Shown: positions 31,610-40,923 of the stretch, piece after piece
How the letters are laid out: the number at the start of each line of letters is the position of its first letter
Numbering within the stretch: the first letter of the stretch is position 1
From: an uncultured Candidatus Saccharibacteria bacterium
GTDB taxonomy: Bacteria > Patescibacteriota > Minisyncoccia > Phycocordibacterales > UBA2100
DNA length: 64,000 nucleotides
NCBI GenBank assembly: GCA_964633425.1
Contig: CAZWFX010000004.1
Coordinates: 18,517 to 82,516, forward strand
Direction: 5' to 3'
Position numbers and translations under genes: made by a program
Notes under the pieces: model-generated
What the model was told of the DNA's origin: nothing
What the model saw: only the letters and a program-made list of their open reading frames with translations
Databases searched by the model: none

Positions 31610-31824
31610 TTCAATGTCCTCCTACGATCCCACAGCACAATCATACAAATGCCGCCGTGAGTCAAGTGCAGCGCGGAACAGATTAGTGATCGTTCCTATA
31701 GTGATCCGATCTGTCGCAATACGGAGGGTCGGCAACCCTCACACGAACACCACGACACCCGGAGTACTGTGTCTGATAGAGACCACAAGGTCGGCACTAT
31801 TATTCTTCCGTAACAAATATCTTT

Positions 31825-32031
31825 ATGTGGCAGAATTGGACTAATGCACTTTTGGGGATCGTTATCCTCGGAACTTCGGTACTCACCCTTATGGGCTCGA
31901 CTATGCTTACCGGCACCGCACTCACATGGACACTGGCGGCAGCGGGGACACTCGTAGCGGCTATTGGAATCTGGGGAGCAAGCGACGACACCGCGATTCA
32001 AAGCGAAGCGGGCGCACTTCGTCACGCGTAA
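31825..32031 (+). CDS. Small membrane protein
   Basis: 68 aa with two TM helices. Preferred over the overlapping Cys/Arg-rich minus-strand ORF. Confidence 0.45.
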   Translation: MWQNWTNALLGIVILGTSVLTLMGSTMLTGTALTWTLAAAGTLVAAIGIWGASDDTAIQSEAGALRHA

Positions 32032-32111
32032 TCCGGCTCACCGAGTGTTCGGGATACGAACACTCGGTTGTGCTGAATCATTCCTGACGCTTATTCATAC
32101 ACAAAACCACC

Positions 32112-32306
32112 ATGTCCCATCATCACAAAGATCGCGAGTGCGGCTGCGGCGGTATGTGCATGTGGATGACCGCCTCCAAGGAGGAACGAATTCAAATGCT
32201 CACGTCGAAAGAGGCTCGATTGCAAAAAATGATCGAACACGTCAAACAGGTCAAAGACGCACTCGAATCCGACACGCCAATGCCGTCTGCATCACACGAC
32301 GAGTAG
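32112..32306 (+). CDS. Small His/Cys-rich protein with coiled-coil tail
   Basis: MSHHHKDRECGCGGMCMW followed by a helical KEERIQMLTSKEARLQKMIEHVKQVK. Confidence 0.4.
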   Translation: MSHHHKDRECGCGGMCMWMTASKEERIQMLTSKEARLQKMIEHVKQVKDALESDTPMPSASHDE

Positions 32307-32310
32307 ACTG

Positions 32311-32348
32311 TCCAAAAAAAGAAAATGCCCGGCAGTTCTGCCGGGCAT
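32311..32348 (-). terminator. Rho-independent terminator of 32374..33477
   Basis: Stem ATGCCCGGCA / TGCCGGGCAT, followed on the minus strand by TTTCTTTTTTTGG. Confidence 0.75.
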
Positions 32349-32373
32349 GTGTACTATCGTCTCGTTTTTTGCA

Positions 32374-33477
32374 TTAGTCCCTGATTCGGGCCATGCCGTA
32401 GTTGCTCCACTCGAGGCGACCGGTAACCTCGTCGAGAATCCAGCCGTCGGGCATGACGATGGTTTCCGACAGGTCCTCCATTTCAACCTCGAGCTTCACG
32501 ACACGCCGCTGCCTCCACGGCTGCGACTGATAGACGTCGACCTCGAACGTGCGATCAGCAAACGGAAACCGATACCGTGTCTTCAGGATCGTCAGGCATG
32601 CGGGATCCGCATCCTTCAAGAGCTCCTCGTATTCGCCCTTTGTAAGCGGCGGATACTTCGGTTCAGTCACGCTTCCGACGGTGCCGGTCGGCGACTTGTG
32701 CGTGTAGTGATACGTCGTCACACCCTCAAGCGTTTCCGAACGAACACGTCGCGCACCCTTGTGAATCGGGTGCGGGTTCAGGTAATTCTGAACGATGTCG
32801 ATCTTCGCCGCACCCGCGGGGATCATGTCCATCGTAAAGTTCCGGATCAGAAACATGCGTTCATTCTCGAGCGGTATCGGCATATGCAGTACCCTTTTCA
32901 TTGCGCTGACTGCGCGTTGCATTTTCCTCGGAAAGTCAGTGCGATTATCAATGACTGACAAATGACGGTGACCGCGCCACGCGTGACGCGATTTGTGATC
33001 AAGTGCTCTCGCCTGTTCGGGCGTCTCGATGCGCGCTGCATTGTTACCGAGCGTATAGAACTCCTCGGCTCCGTCTGCGGCGGTTACCAGATGTATGACC
33101 ATCAGGTAGTCCTCCATCGCGAGTACCCGGTTGAGACCAAGCTCGGATAGCAGTGACCGAAACATGGGCTCGCCGCAGTAGGCTTCGCAATCGAGCAGGC
33201 CACGGTCAACAAAGAGCACGACGTTCGTCCTGCCGCTGCGTTCGATCACCCGCTTGTATCTGCGGATACGACGCTGTGTCGCGCGCAGTATACGGCGCTG
33301 AAACGCTTCAATGCCTACGTCCCATGGTGTAACCCCTGCATTGATCAGTTTTGTGGCGGCTTCGGGTACGACAACTGCCGTAATGCCGTGTTCTGCAAGC
33401 CACCGCCCCGCCTCTTCGAGGAAGGACGACTTACCTGCACACGGACCGCCGCTGATCGCGATCATCGGTATATACAT
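32374..33477 (-). CDS. P-loop ATPase (AAA_28/NadR-kinase-like) fused to a CYTH (triphosphate tunnel) domain
   Basis: Walker A ISGGPCAGKSS at the N-terminus. The C-terminal half opens with ENERMFLIRN (compare the EIERKFL CYTH start) and ends with VKLEVEMED. Confidence 0.65.
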   Translation of the reverse strand: MYIPMIAISGGPCAGKSSFLEEAGRWLAEHGITAVVVPEAATKLINAGVTPWDVGIEAFQRRILRATQRRIRRYKRVIERSGRTNVVLFVDRGLLDCEAYCGEPMFRSLLSELGLNRVLAMEDYLMVIHLVTAADGAEEFYTLGNNAARIETPEQARALDHKSRHAWRGHRHLSVIDNRTDFPRKMQRAVSAMKRVLHMPIPLENERMFLIRNFTMDMIPAGAAKIDIVQNYLNPHPIHKGARRVRSETLEGVTTYHYTHKSPTGTVGSVTEPKYPPLTKGEYEELLKDADPACLTILKTRYRFPFADRTFEVDVYQSQPWRQRRVVKLEVEMEDLSETIVMPDGWILDEVTGRLEWSNYGMARIRD

Positions 33478-33545
33478 ACACCCTCCAGGTTTGTATGGAT
33501 CGTGCCTGCCGCGATACTACCAAACTCACTCGCACTGGCCACTCC

Positions 33546-33947
33546 CTAGCGACCCCAGTTCAAATACGTGATGGTGAGCTGCAAGACCGTGGCAAAGCAG
33601 ACCCACAGCAGGTACGGAATATTGACGTAGGAAACCCAGGGCATGTGCGGATACACGGCGATAAGCGCCCACACGAGCGAAGCAAGAACAAGGATGATAT
33701 CGATTGACGCAAGAGCGTTATTCTTCAGCCCGAACTGCAGCGGAGTGAAAGCAAGATTACACACGATGTTTACGATGAACGGTACGAGCACAGACATCGG
33801 AAGCTGTCCCTCATAGGTCTTATAGGCAACACTCCCGAACGAGACCGCGATAACGACATAGAGCACCGACCACACCGGGCCGAACAGCCAACTGGGCGGC
33901 GCCCACGACGGGCGAATAAGCGTTTGGTACCAAGCTGTTTCATTCAT
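33546..33947 (-). CDS. tspO: TspO/MBR family tryptophan-rich membrane protein
   Basis: WYQTLIRPSWAPPSWLFGPVWSVLY is the characteristic TspO N-terminal block. Confidence 0.8.
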   Translation of the reverse strand: MNETAWYQTLIRPSWAPPSWLFGPVWSVLYVVIAVSFGSVAYKTYEGQLPMSVLVPFIVNIVCNLAFTPLQFGLKNNALASIDIILVLASLVWALIAVYPHMPWVSYVNIPYLLWVCFATVLQLTITYLNWGR

Positions 33948-33989
33948 AGGTCAATCTAATCACTTATATCGTGGAGATAGGATGGAGCC

Positions 33990-34772
33990 CTACGGCGATA
34001 TGAGCACCGGGTGATCCGTCTCGGGATGCACCGAGTGGTCATCAGGATCCGGCAACGGACCGATCCATGTCCCGTAATAATAGATATTGTCTTTATCTTT
34101 CGCATCGATCGTTACCTGCCCCGATCCGTCCGGATCCGGCACGGTCGTGTCGTGGAACGTCTGGAATGAGTTCGGGTCGGCACCCGGTATGACCGTTACG
34201 GTGCCGGTACAGTTACCCGTAGCGTCACAGGTCGTATTGATGACATACACGTTGTTGCCGTCTTTTGCATACACCGGACTCAGCACCTGGAACGAATTCG
34301 GGTCTGCTCCCTCGAGCACACGCAGATCAGTTCCGCTAAAAAAGTACACGTGCTGCGAATCAATATAAAACGCGGGCATCGTGCCGCCTCCGACCGACTT
34401 TTGCTTTCCGGCCTCGAGGTCGCCGGTCGTTGGCACCTTGTGGAATGTTTTTTGATCCGCGATTACATCCGCCTTGATGTAGCGGTAGGTTGCTTTGCCG
34501 TCGAGGTCATACCCGTCGGAGACTCGGAAATAAAAACTGCCCTCGGACTGAAAAAAGTTGTCGTCGAACGATACGAATGACTGCGCCTTTGCCGGCTGCG
34601 CCTCTTGTTCTGCCGCCGCTTGTTGCGACACAACGGGTGCCGGCTCGGTGAGATCAGGTGCGGCGAGCGAGCCAACGAACGAGTACCCGACGTACAACAC
34701 AACCACGCCTCCGACGAGCGCTATAACGACAGGGATTCCCACGCCGCCATTTTGGAGAGTCGATCTCCGCAT
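33990..34772 (-). CDS. Membrane-anchored DKNYY-domain protein
   Basis: Trimmed to MRRSTLQNGG... Repeats GADPNSFQVLSPVYAKDGNNVYV and GADPNSFQTF...AKDKDNIYYYG. Confidence 0.7.
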   Translation of the reverse strand: MRRSTLQNGGVGIPVVIALVGGVVVLYVGYSFVGSLAAPDLTEPAPVVSQQAAAEQEAQPAKAQSFVSFDDNFFQSEGSFYFRVSDGYDLDGKATYRYIKADVIADQKTFHKVPTTGDLEAGKQKSVGGGTMPAFYIDSQHVYFFSGTDLRVLEGADPNSFQVLSPVYAKDGNNVYVINTTCDATGNCTGTVTVIPGADPNSFQTFHDTTVPDPDGSGQVTIDAKDKDNIYYYGTWIGPLPDPDDHSVHPETDHPVLISP

Positions 34773-34788
34773 GTGCAAAGTATAGCGC

Positions 34789-35421
34789 CTACGCGGCAGT
34801 GGTGGTGGCTCCCGACTGGAATCGTGTGCGTAACACATACTGAGATACGCCGCCGATCGAACCAAGCAAGATTAGTACCAGCAACCCTTTGAACAAAAAT
34901 CCCGAGTTATTTCGCCACGCGTCGCCTAAAAAATATCCTGCAAGTCCGAACAACAGCACATACGATGCTTCGCCCAACAGATCGTACAAAAGAAAGGTGC
35001 GAACCCTCACCCGCGAAATTCCGGCGAGCACATTCACCGTCGGTCCCGCTTCTGTCATGAGCCTCGTCGTGTAAATGATCGCCTGCGGAAACGCCGTCAG
35101 ATACTCATCGAGCCATAGATATGCGCGCGTGCGCAGCAGAAACCCGAGACCCACGTTCTCAAAGAATGCACGACCGTACGCTCGTGCGAGCGAAAAACCC
35201 ATCACATCCCCAAGAACGTTTGCCGCAAGTGCAATTCCGAGCACGTACCACAGGTTCAGATGCCCTTGTGCTGCAAGCGCGCCCGAAACTGCAAGCGCTA
35301 TCGAAGACGGAATAGGCAGCGCAAACGCGGCAATGAAGCTCACGCCGAACAGGCCCGCATAGCCGTATCCTGCAAAATATTCGGCTGCGGTATCAAGAAA
35401 TGCGCTCAGAGACTCAAACAT
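34789..35421 (-). CDS. DedA-family membrane protein
   Basis: 210 aa. FALPIPSSIALAVSGALAAQG...ANVLGDVMGFSLARAYGRAFF is typical of DedA/SNARE-associated proteins. Confidence 0.8.
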   Translation of the reverse strand: MFESLSAFLDTAAEYFAGYGYAGLFGVSFIAAFALPIPSSIALAVSGALAAQGHLNLWYVLGIALAANVLGDVMGFSLARAYGRAFFENVGLGFLLRTRAYLWLDEYLTAFPQAIIYTTRLMTEAGPTVNVLAGISRVRVRTFLLYDLLGEASYVLLFGLAGYFLGDAWRNNSGFLFKGLLVLILLGSIGGVSQYVLRTRFQSGATTTAA

Positions 35422-35444
35422 CGCGCAATAGTACTACAGCACCT

Positions 35445-35678
35445 TTACTGAGCGCTTGTTGTGGCCTGCGGAGCAGGCGGTACTGCGCCCTGATCGGGTG
35501 CAGGCGGTCGGCCTGTCGGGCGCGGCTCCCGTGAGCCCGGTTTCGGGGGTCGACGCAGGACGCCTTCGGAATGCAGTTGCCGTGCGCTGGTAACAAAAAA
35601 GAAAAGAGACGCAAAAAACATCCCGAGCAAAATAAGCAGCACAGCGTAGAGCGCGAGAAGCTTCCTTTCGCCGTTCAT
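35445..35678 (-). CDS. Small TM protein with Pro-rich tail (tentative)
   Basis: ORF 35445..35897 trimmed to MNGERKLLALYAVLLILLGMFF to avoid overlap with the upstream gene. Confidence 0.3.
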   Translation of the reverse strand: MNGERKLLALYAVLLILLGMFFASLFFFVTSARQLHSEGVLRRPPKPGSREPRPTGRPPAPDQGAVPPAPQATTSAQ

Positions 35679-35760
35679 TCGCTCAGTATTGCTACAAAAC
35701 GATCTCGGCGCAACACCGGCAACAGTATGACCCCGGCGCACGAATGCACCGGGGTCGGTA

Positions 35761-36597
35761 TTATGCCGCGCGATCTTTGCGCGGAATGAAGAGCTTGTCG
35801 AACTCGCTAAACGGCATATCGGAAAGTGCGCCCGGAGCGAAATCCTGCATCCGAATGCCGCTGAACTTATTGAAGATGTGCGAGTGGTCGAAGTCAATGA
35901 ACGCGACCATCGATTGCCGTCCGGTACGGATCGTCTCTTCGGTGGCGACGACGCGGTGACAGAGGCCTTTGAGCAGGCACTGTGACCGATGCTGCATCGT
36001 CATGCTCGGGAAAATGATCGTGTGATCGTGATCCACGGGCCAGTCGTGCCACTGCCGATCGCGACCAAAGTACTGGCCACCCTGCGCACTTTCGTACAGA
36101 TGCAGCGTGAAGCCGCCCCGGTCCACGTGTTCCGCCGCCATGATGGGCTTACCGGGACGGTAGTTGAGGAAGCGGAACGTCCAATCCCGACTCGACTCGG
36201 CAACATCGCGCTCAAAACCGCTGATGCCGTACACACGTTCAACATCGCGACCGAAGTGCACGACATGCGGCATGACGGCATCGATGAGCACATCGACCGC
36301 GTGCACAAATCGCACCGCAGCACGATCCGTGACAGTGTCGGCCTGCGCCCGAAGCGCCGGCATATTGCGCTTGATCAGGTGGAAAAGCTCTTTGTCGTCA
36401 CTTTTCGGCCCGTCGTCTTTTCGCAACATGTAGCCGTGATCGAGCACGCGGTCGCCGCCCGAGAGCTTTGCCTTTTCGTCGTACGGCAGCTCACAGAAAC
36501 GATTCCATGCGGCCATCGCCTCTTCGACGAGTACGCGCAGCTCTTTGGGATAGCGAAGGCTCACATACCCTTCGGTGATCAAACTTGCGACATTCAT
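35761..36597 (-). CDS. 2OG-Fe(II) oxygenase family protein (IPNS-like)
   Basis: 278 aa. HVD...H triad candidates (AAEHVDRGGFTLH; GLCHRVV). Confidence 0.65.
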   Translation of the reverse strand: MNVASLITEGYVSLRYPKELRVLVEEAMAAWNRFCELPYDEKAKLSGGDRVLDHGYMLRKDDGPKSDDKELFHLIKRNMPALRAQADTVTDRAAVRFVHAVDVLIDAVMPHVVHFGRDVERVYGISGFERDVAESSRDWTFRFLNYRPGKPIMAAEHVDRGGFTLHLYESAQGGQYFGRDRQWHDWPVDHDHTIIFPSMTMQHRSQCLLKGLCHRVVATEETIRTGRQSMVAFIDFDHSHIFNKFSGIRMQDFAPGALSDMPFSEFDKLFIPRKDRAA

Positions 36598-36699
36598 CGC
36601 ACTCTCCTTTGTTGCAACGTTCAGATTCCTGACGGAATGGTACAGGTGTAAAAATCGGTTATCCCCACGTTGCAGACACGCAAAATCGTGTCCTAGTGA

Positions 36700-38820
36700 C
36701 TAGGAATTGAGGATCGCGAGAACCTCGTTGATGCTGACAGGCTTGGTGAGGTGATGGTTGAATCCGGATACCACCGCTTCGGACTTATCTTCTTCTTGTC
36801 CGTACCCGGTAAGCGCGATGAGCATCGGCTGCACGCCGCCGTGCGCGCGGATTTTGCGTGCAACATCATGGCCCGACATATCCGGCAGACCGATATCGAG
36901 CAATACAACATCGGGCATCAGGTCGTGCAGCGCAGTCAGTGCTGCTCTGCCGTCATGCACCGCAGCAACAACATGGCCATGATGCTCAAGTAGTCGCTGC
37001 ATGCCGATGGCTGCGGCCTCATTGTCATCAACAACAAGAATCCGCTTTGCAGTCTGAGGAGCAGCATGAACTGTGGTTCCGCCGGATACCCCCTGATCGC
37101 GCACCTCTATCAGCGGCAATAGGATCGTGAACGTGCTACCCGTTCCCTCACCCTGTGAGTGTGCCGTTATTGTTCCGCCGTGCATTTCGACAATCTGTCG
37201 CGCTAGGAACAGTCCGATACCGATACCGGCAGATCGATGCGGCGCCGGAGCAAGCTGTTGAAACGGTGAAAAGATTTCCTCAAGTCGATCGGTCGGAATT
37301 CCGTCGCCGTTATCCTTGATGACGATTCGCAGCTGGCGATCCTCAGTGGTACAGAGGATCTCGATTGCACTGCCAGGCCGGGAATATTTTGCCGCATTGT
37401 TAAGAATGTTCGTTATCACCTGCTCAAGACGCACCGGATCGAGCATGAGACGAACTGACTGCTCGGGCAGCCACACCTTGAGCGTGTGATGTTTCGCCGT
37501 GCGATGCAGCTCTGTCGTCTCTACCGAAACCCGAATAAGCTCGGCGAGGTCGGTCGGCTCGGGAATGACCTCGATCTTCTTTTCATTGATGCGCGCTACA
37601 TCGAGCAGGTCGTCGAGCAATCGTCTCATGGCGAATGTTTGCTGTTCGGCTCGCGAGATCATGGGTGCATTACCGCCGCTTTCGAGCTTCAGAAGCTCGA
37701 GTGTACTTACAACAGTAGAGAGCGGATTGCGCAGCTCGTGAGCGAGCATGGCAATAAACTCGTTCTTTGCGGCATCATTCGCTGCGAGCTGCGTGGTGAT
37801 TCGTTCAAGCTCTAAAATCTGCGCCGTAAGACGATTCGCCGCTTGGCGGCGCTCTTCGGCAAGTACAAAAAATTGAAAGAAGATCGGCGCAATGAGCAGC
37901 AAGAATAACTCATCGGCAAACAACTGTGACGAAAGCGGGACACCGCTCGGGTGGGCAACAATACTCCCCGTGATACCGAGTACGGTCAAAAGGAGGATTG
38001 CGGTCGTATTGACCCGTGAACCGAATCGGAACGATATCCAAAACAGCACGACACAGAGCAGAAAGATAAGAAGGAACACGACCGACGGGTATGACACCCA
38101 GAACAAGAGGTACGCCGAAAGTATGAGCAGGCCAAACGCGCTCACTGCTTCTGCGCGTTGCTCACGCGTGATCGGCCAATTCCACGAGTGATACCAGCCC
38201 GTGATGAACGGTGTTACCACGAGAATGCCGAGTACTCCGCCTGCCCATGCGCGACTGAATGTAATGAACACGGTCTCCGCAAGCGCGCCGAGCATTATCT
38301 GACCGACCGTGTTGAACAGTGGTCCGATCGCCGCAGTAAAGAACGCGCCGCCGAGCAACAGCATGACGTCACGACTGCGATGGAGCGTGCCGTCGGAGCC
38401 CAGCGTGCGGAACAGCCACGCACCGATAAGCGGCTGCAACGTAAATCCGACCGTTGCAATGGCAATATTCCACGGTGGCAAGTAGTTTGGCAGCGTTGCG
38501 AGCGCAACGAGATACGCCGCACAAATAGGCACCCACATTTTGTTTCCCTTTAATAGCACCGCGGCAAGTGCAATGCCGGTCGGTGCCCAGATGAGAGCCG
38601 GAGATGTTTGGAGCGTAAAGAGAATGTACTGCGCGAGTTTGGCGGTTGCGAGGTAGGATGAGAACACCAAAATGTCCGGCAGCAACTCGCGGTCAGAGAT
38701 CGTGCGGAGCACGCGCGACATCAAACCCTGATCGGCTGACCGCACCATATAGATATTGAGGTTTGCATCATACACGTTCGTGCCTGAGTTTCTAGATGAA
38801 AGATGAAGAACGGAAGCCAC
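36700..38820 (-). CDS. Hybrid sensor histidine kinase/response regulator with polytopic N-terminal sensor
   Basis: 706 aa. Multi-TM N-terminus, H-box FIAMLAHELRNPL, HATPase region (GIGIGLFLARQIVEMHGG), C-terminal REC (RILVVDDNEAA...VLLDIGLPDMSG). Confidence 0.85.
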   Translation of the reverse strand: MASVLHLSSRNSGTNVYDANLNIYMVRSADQGLMSRVLRTISDRELLPDILVFSSYLATAKLAQYILFTLQTSPALIWAPTGIALAAVLLKGNKMWVPICAAYLVALATLPNYLPPWNIAIATVGFTLQPLIGAWLFRTLGSDGTLHRSRDVMLLLGGAFFTAAIGPLFNTVGQIMLGALAETVFITFSRAWAGGVLGILVVTPFITGWYHSWNWPITREQRAEAVSAFGLLILSAYLLFWVSYPSVVFLLIFLLCVVLFWISFRFGSRVNTTAILLLTVLGITGSIVAHPSGVPLSSQLFADELFLLLIAPIFFQFFVLAEERRQAANRLTAQILELERITTQLAANDAAKNEFIAMLAHELRNPLSTVVSTLELLKLESGGNAPMISRAEQQTFAMRRLLDDLLDVARINEKKIEVIPEPTDLAELIRVSVETTELHRTAKHHTLKVWLPEQSVRLMLDPVRLEQVITNILNNAAKYSRPGSAIEILCTTEDRQLRIVIKDNGDGIPTDRLEEIFSPFQQLAPAPHRSAGIGIGLFLARQIVEMHGGTITAHSQGEGTGSTFTILLPLIEVRDQGVSGGTTVHAAPQTAKRILVVDDNEAAAIGMQRLLEHHGHVVAAVHDGRAALTALHDLMPDVVLLDIGLPDMSGHDVARKIRAHGGVQPMLIALTGYGQEEDKSEAVVSGFNHHLTKPVSINEVLAILNS

Positions 38821-38953
38821 TAGAAATACTCAAAAAAATACGTATAATCCTGTTCACAGCATTGCTGGGCCCTAGCATCAAGAAGCGAGCCGAGCGAAGA
38901 GAACAGCAGTTCTCTTCCGAGCGAGCACAGATGTCGGGGTCGTGAGGATACAC

Positions 38954-39028
38954 GGCCCTATCGTCTATCGGCTAGGACACGCCCCTCTCACGGGCGAAAG
39001 CGGGGTTCGATTCCCCGTAGGGTCACCA
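38954..39028 (+). tRNA. tRNA-Glu (anticodon CUC), CCA encoded
   Basis: Manual cloverleaf: acceptor GGCCCTA/TAGGGTC, D arm GTCT..GGAC, anticodon arm CGCCC-CTCTCAC-GGGCG, T arm CGGGG-TTCGATT-CCCCG, discriminator A, then CCA. Confidence 0.85.
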
Positions 39029-40706
39029 TCAGGTTTTTATCGGGTACAAATCCCGAAGATAGTTCGAATACTGGGGACAATTTAGGTGTTCCACTAACTA
39101 TTTCTGGATAGGTAGGCATCTTGTCGAATACCAAACCAAATAGATCTCGTAAAGAGCGCGGATCATCAGGGTTTAGCAACAATTCGGCCGGGTGTTCCAT
39201 TACATATCGAGCGTCTTTGATGAATGCTTTTATGTCATGTCTCGAGATCTGTATTTTGAGTCGGATTTTTTGCGCCTCTTTTATCTTTCGGTCGCTCTCC
39301 TCAATTTCTCTTTCAAGTTTCTCTCTAACCACCGCACTTTTTGTGGAGATAAGTAGCCCCAGTTTTGCATCCTGCTCGGCTTCGAGGTCCGCTATATTTT
39401 GGTGAATATCGCCCGACGCTTTCACAATTTCTTTTTCACGTTGTCGGTATTTGTTCATAAAAACCAACTCGAGTGCATTGAGAATATCGGGCTGGAACTT
39501 CAAACTCGAGACATATCTAGTTACTGCTTTTTCAAAGTCTGCTTTTGGTACTCTGAATCCTTTATGATCTCGCGCACAATGATATCCGGGAAACTTCTTC
39601 CCAGACTTGCCTCGTGATGCACTACCCAAAAAGGGTTTTGAGCAATAAGGACAGAGCAGGAACTTGAATGGATACAAAGGGTTGTTCCTTACTCTTACCT
39701 CACCAGTCTTTGAGGAGCGTTTTGCCAACTCAAGACTTCCGTCAGAAGTTTGTTTCAAAATCAATTTCCCGCGATTCGCTCTGTTCCAAAGATCAATACT
39801 AACCAGTCCGTCATACTGCGCTTTTATGGGCTTGAAGTGGGTCCACAATTCACACATAACTCCCGCATAAATTGGATTTTCAATGTATCTCTGGAATTGC
39901 TTTACTGTAAGCGGTTTGCCGCCTCGTTTTGCGATAATCTGCGTGTGTTCTTTGTTCCATCGATTTCGGATTGGTGATCGAAAACCCATAGCATTTACCT
40001 GCGCAACACACTCTTCATCAGTTAGACCACGCGCACGTAGATCAAACATCGCCTGATAAAATAGTGCTCGATCTGGATCTGGAACCTGAATGGTTTTTTT
40101 CTTTCCCTCGACAAATACTTTCTCGTTTTTGTAACCATCCGAAGGAGCGCGTGTACGATAGCCTTGTTGTGCAAGTCGAATCTCTTGTCCTATCATTCGA
40201 TGGAGAATCGTCGTTACTTCTTGCTTTGATGTGGTAGCCAAAACATTTTCAGTGATTTCACTTGGGAAAAACCTGCTCCAGTCATATTCAAAACCTAGAT
40301 CTTCAAGAGTATTTATTGATGGCTGTATAACACCGAGGGTATCAATCATCACTACTCCGTATTTCAGAAGTTCCTTTTTCATCCGATCATACTCACCAGT
40401 ACCAGCACGAGTGAATCTATCTATCGACTTGAATACATAAAAGTTTACGAGCCCAGGATTTTCTTTTATGAACGAAAGTACTTCTTCAAAATCATCACGA
40501 TTAGTTTTTCGTCCAGAAATGGCTCTACCCCATACTTTTCCATGCGGATCATCTTTCGTCTGTGGAACAATAGTCCATCCTCTATCAGATGCGAATCTGC
40601 GTAGACTTTCTTCCTGTCGTTCCAAACTCTCTCCCTCTGATGATTGTTTGAGGGAACTAACTCGACATTGAACTACGCATTTTTTATTTTGTGATGATAG
40701 GTTCAT
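38988..40706 (-). CDS. Large serine recombinase (integrase)
   Basis: 572 aa. Catalytic region CVVQCRVSSLKQSSEGESLERQ, recombinase domain, zinc ribbon CPYCSKPF...YHCARDH, coiled coil. The last ~13 codons are antisense to tRNA-Glu. Confidence 0.85.
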   Translation of the reverse strand: MNLSSQNKKCVVQCRVSSLKQSSEGESLERQEESLRRFASDRGWTIVPQTKDDPHGKVWGRAISGRKTNRDDFEEVLSFIKENPGLVNFYVFKSIDRFTRAGTGEYDRMKKELLKYGVVMIDTLGVIQPSINTLEDLGFEYDWSRFFPSEITENVLATTSKQEVTTILHRMIGQEIRLAQQGYRTRAPSDGYKNEKVFVEGKKKTIQVPDPDRALFYQAMFDLRARGLTDEECVAQVNAMGFRSPIRNRWNKEHTQIIAKRGGKPLTVKQFQRYIENPIYAGVMCELWTHFKPIKAQYDGLVSIDLWNRANRGKLILKQTSDGSLELAKRSSKTGEVRVRNNPLYPFKFLLCPYCSKPFLGSASRGKSGKKFPGYHCARDHKGFRVPKADFEKAVTRYVSSLKFQPDILNALELVFMNKYRQREKEIVKASGDIHQNIADLEAEQDAKLGLLISTKSAVVREKLEREIEESDRKIKEAQKIRLKIQISRHDIKAFIKDARYVMEHPAELLLNPDDPRSLRDLFGLVFDKMPTYPEIVSGTPKLSPVFELSSGFVPDKNLMVTLRGIEPRFRP

Positions 40707-40923
40707 ATGCTTGATCGTCTTTTACAGTATGCGCTTTACGATTTATTTTTTCCAGCCACATATCAAAGTATTTATCTGCAATTCCATCAAGTGCAATAAG
40801 CATCCGGCGTAATTGTTCGTCGGTGTATTTATTTGCTGATGGCCCGAGTGCTTTTTTGAACTCCTCGAACGATGTGGCTGTTTGTTGTATTTCCGGCTCC
40901 ATTGTGGAGCGGATCCAGTACAA
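40684..40923 (-). CDS. Small hypothetical protein upstream of the integrase
   Basis: 79-aa ORF overlapping the integrase start by 23 nt. Could start at the internal MEPEIQQ. Confidence 0.35.
   Translation of the reverse strand: MYWIRSTMEPEIQQTATSFEEFKKALGPSANKYTDEQLRRMLIALDGIADKYFDMWLEKINRKAHTVKDDQAYEPIITK

Noticed and set aside
35989-36651. 220-aa plus-strand ORF
   Set aside because: Antisense to the 2OG-Fe(II) oxygenase gene, which has an HxD...H triad and better composition.
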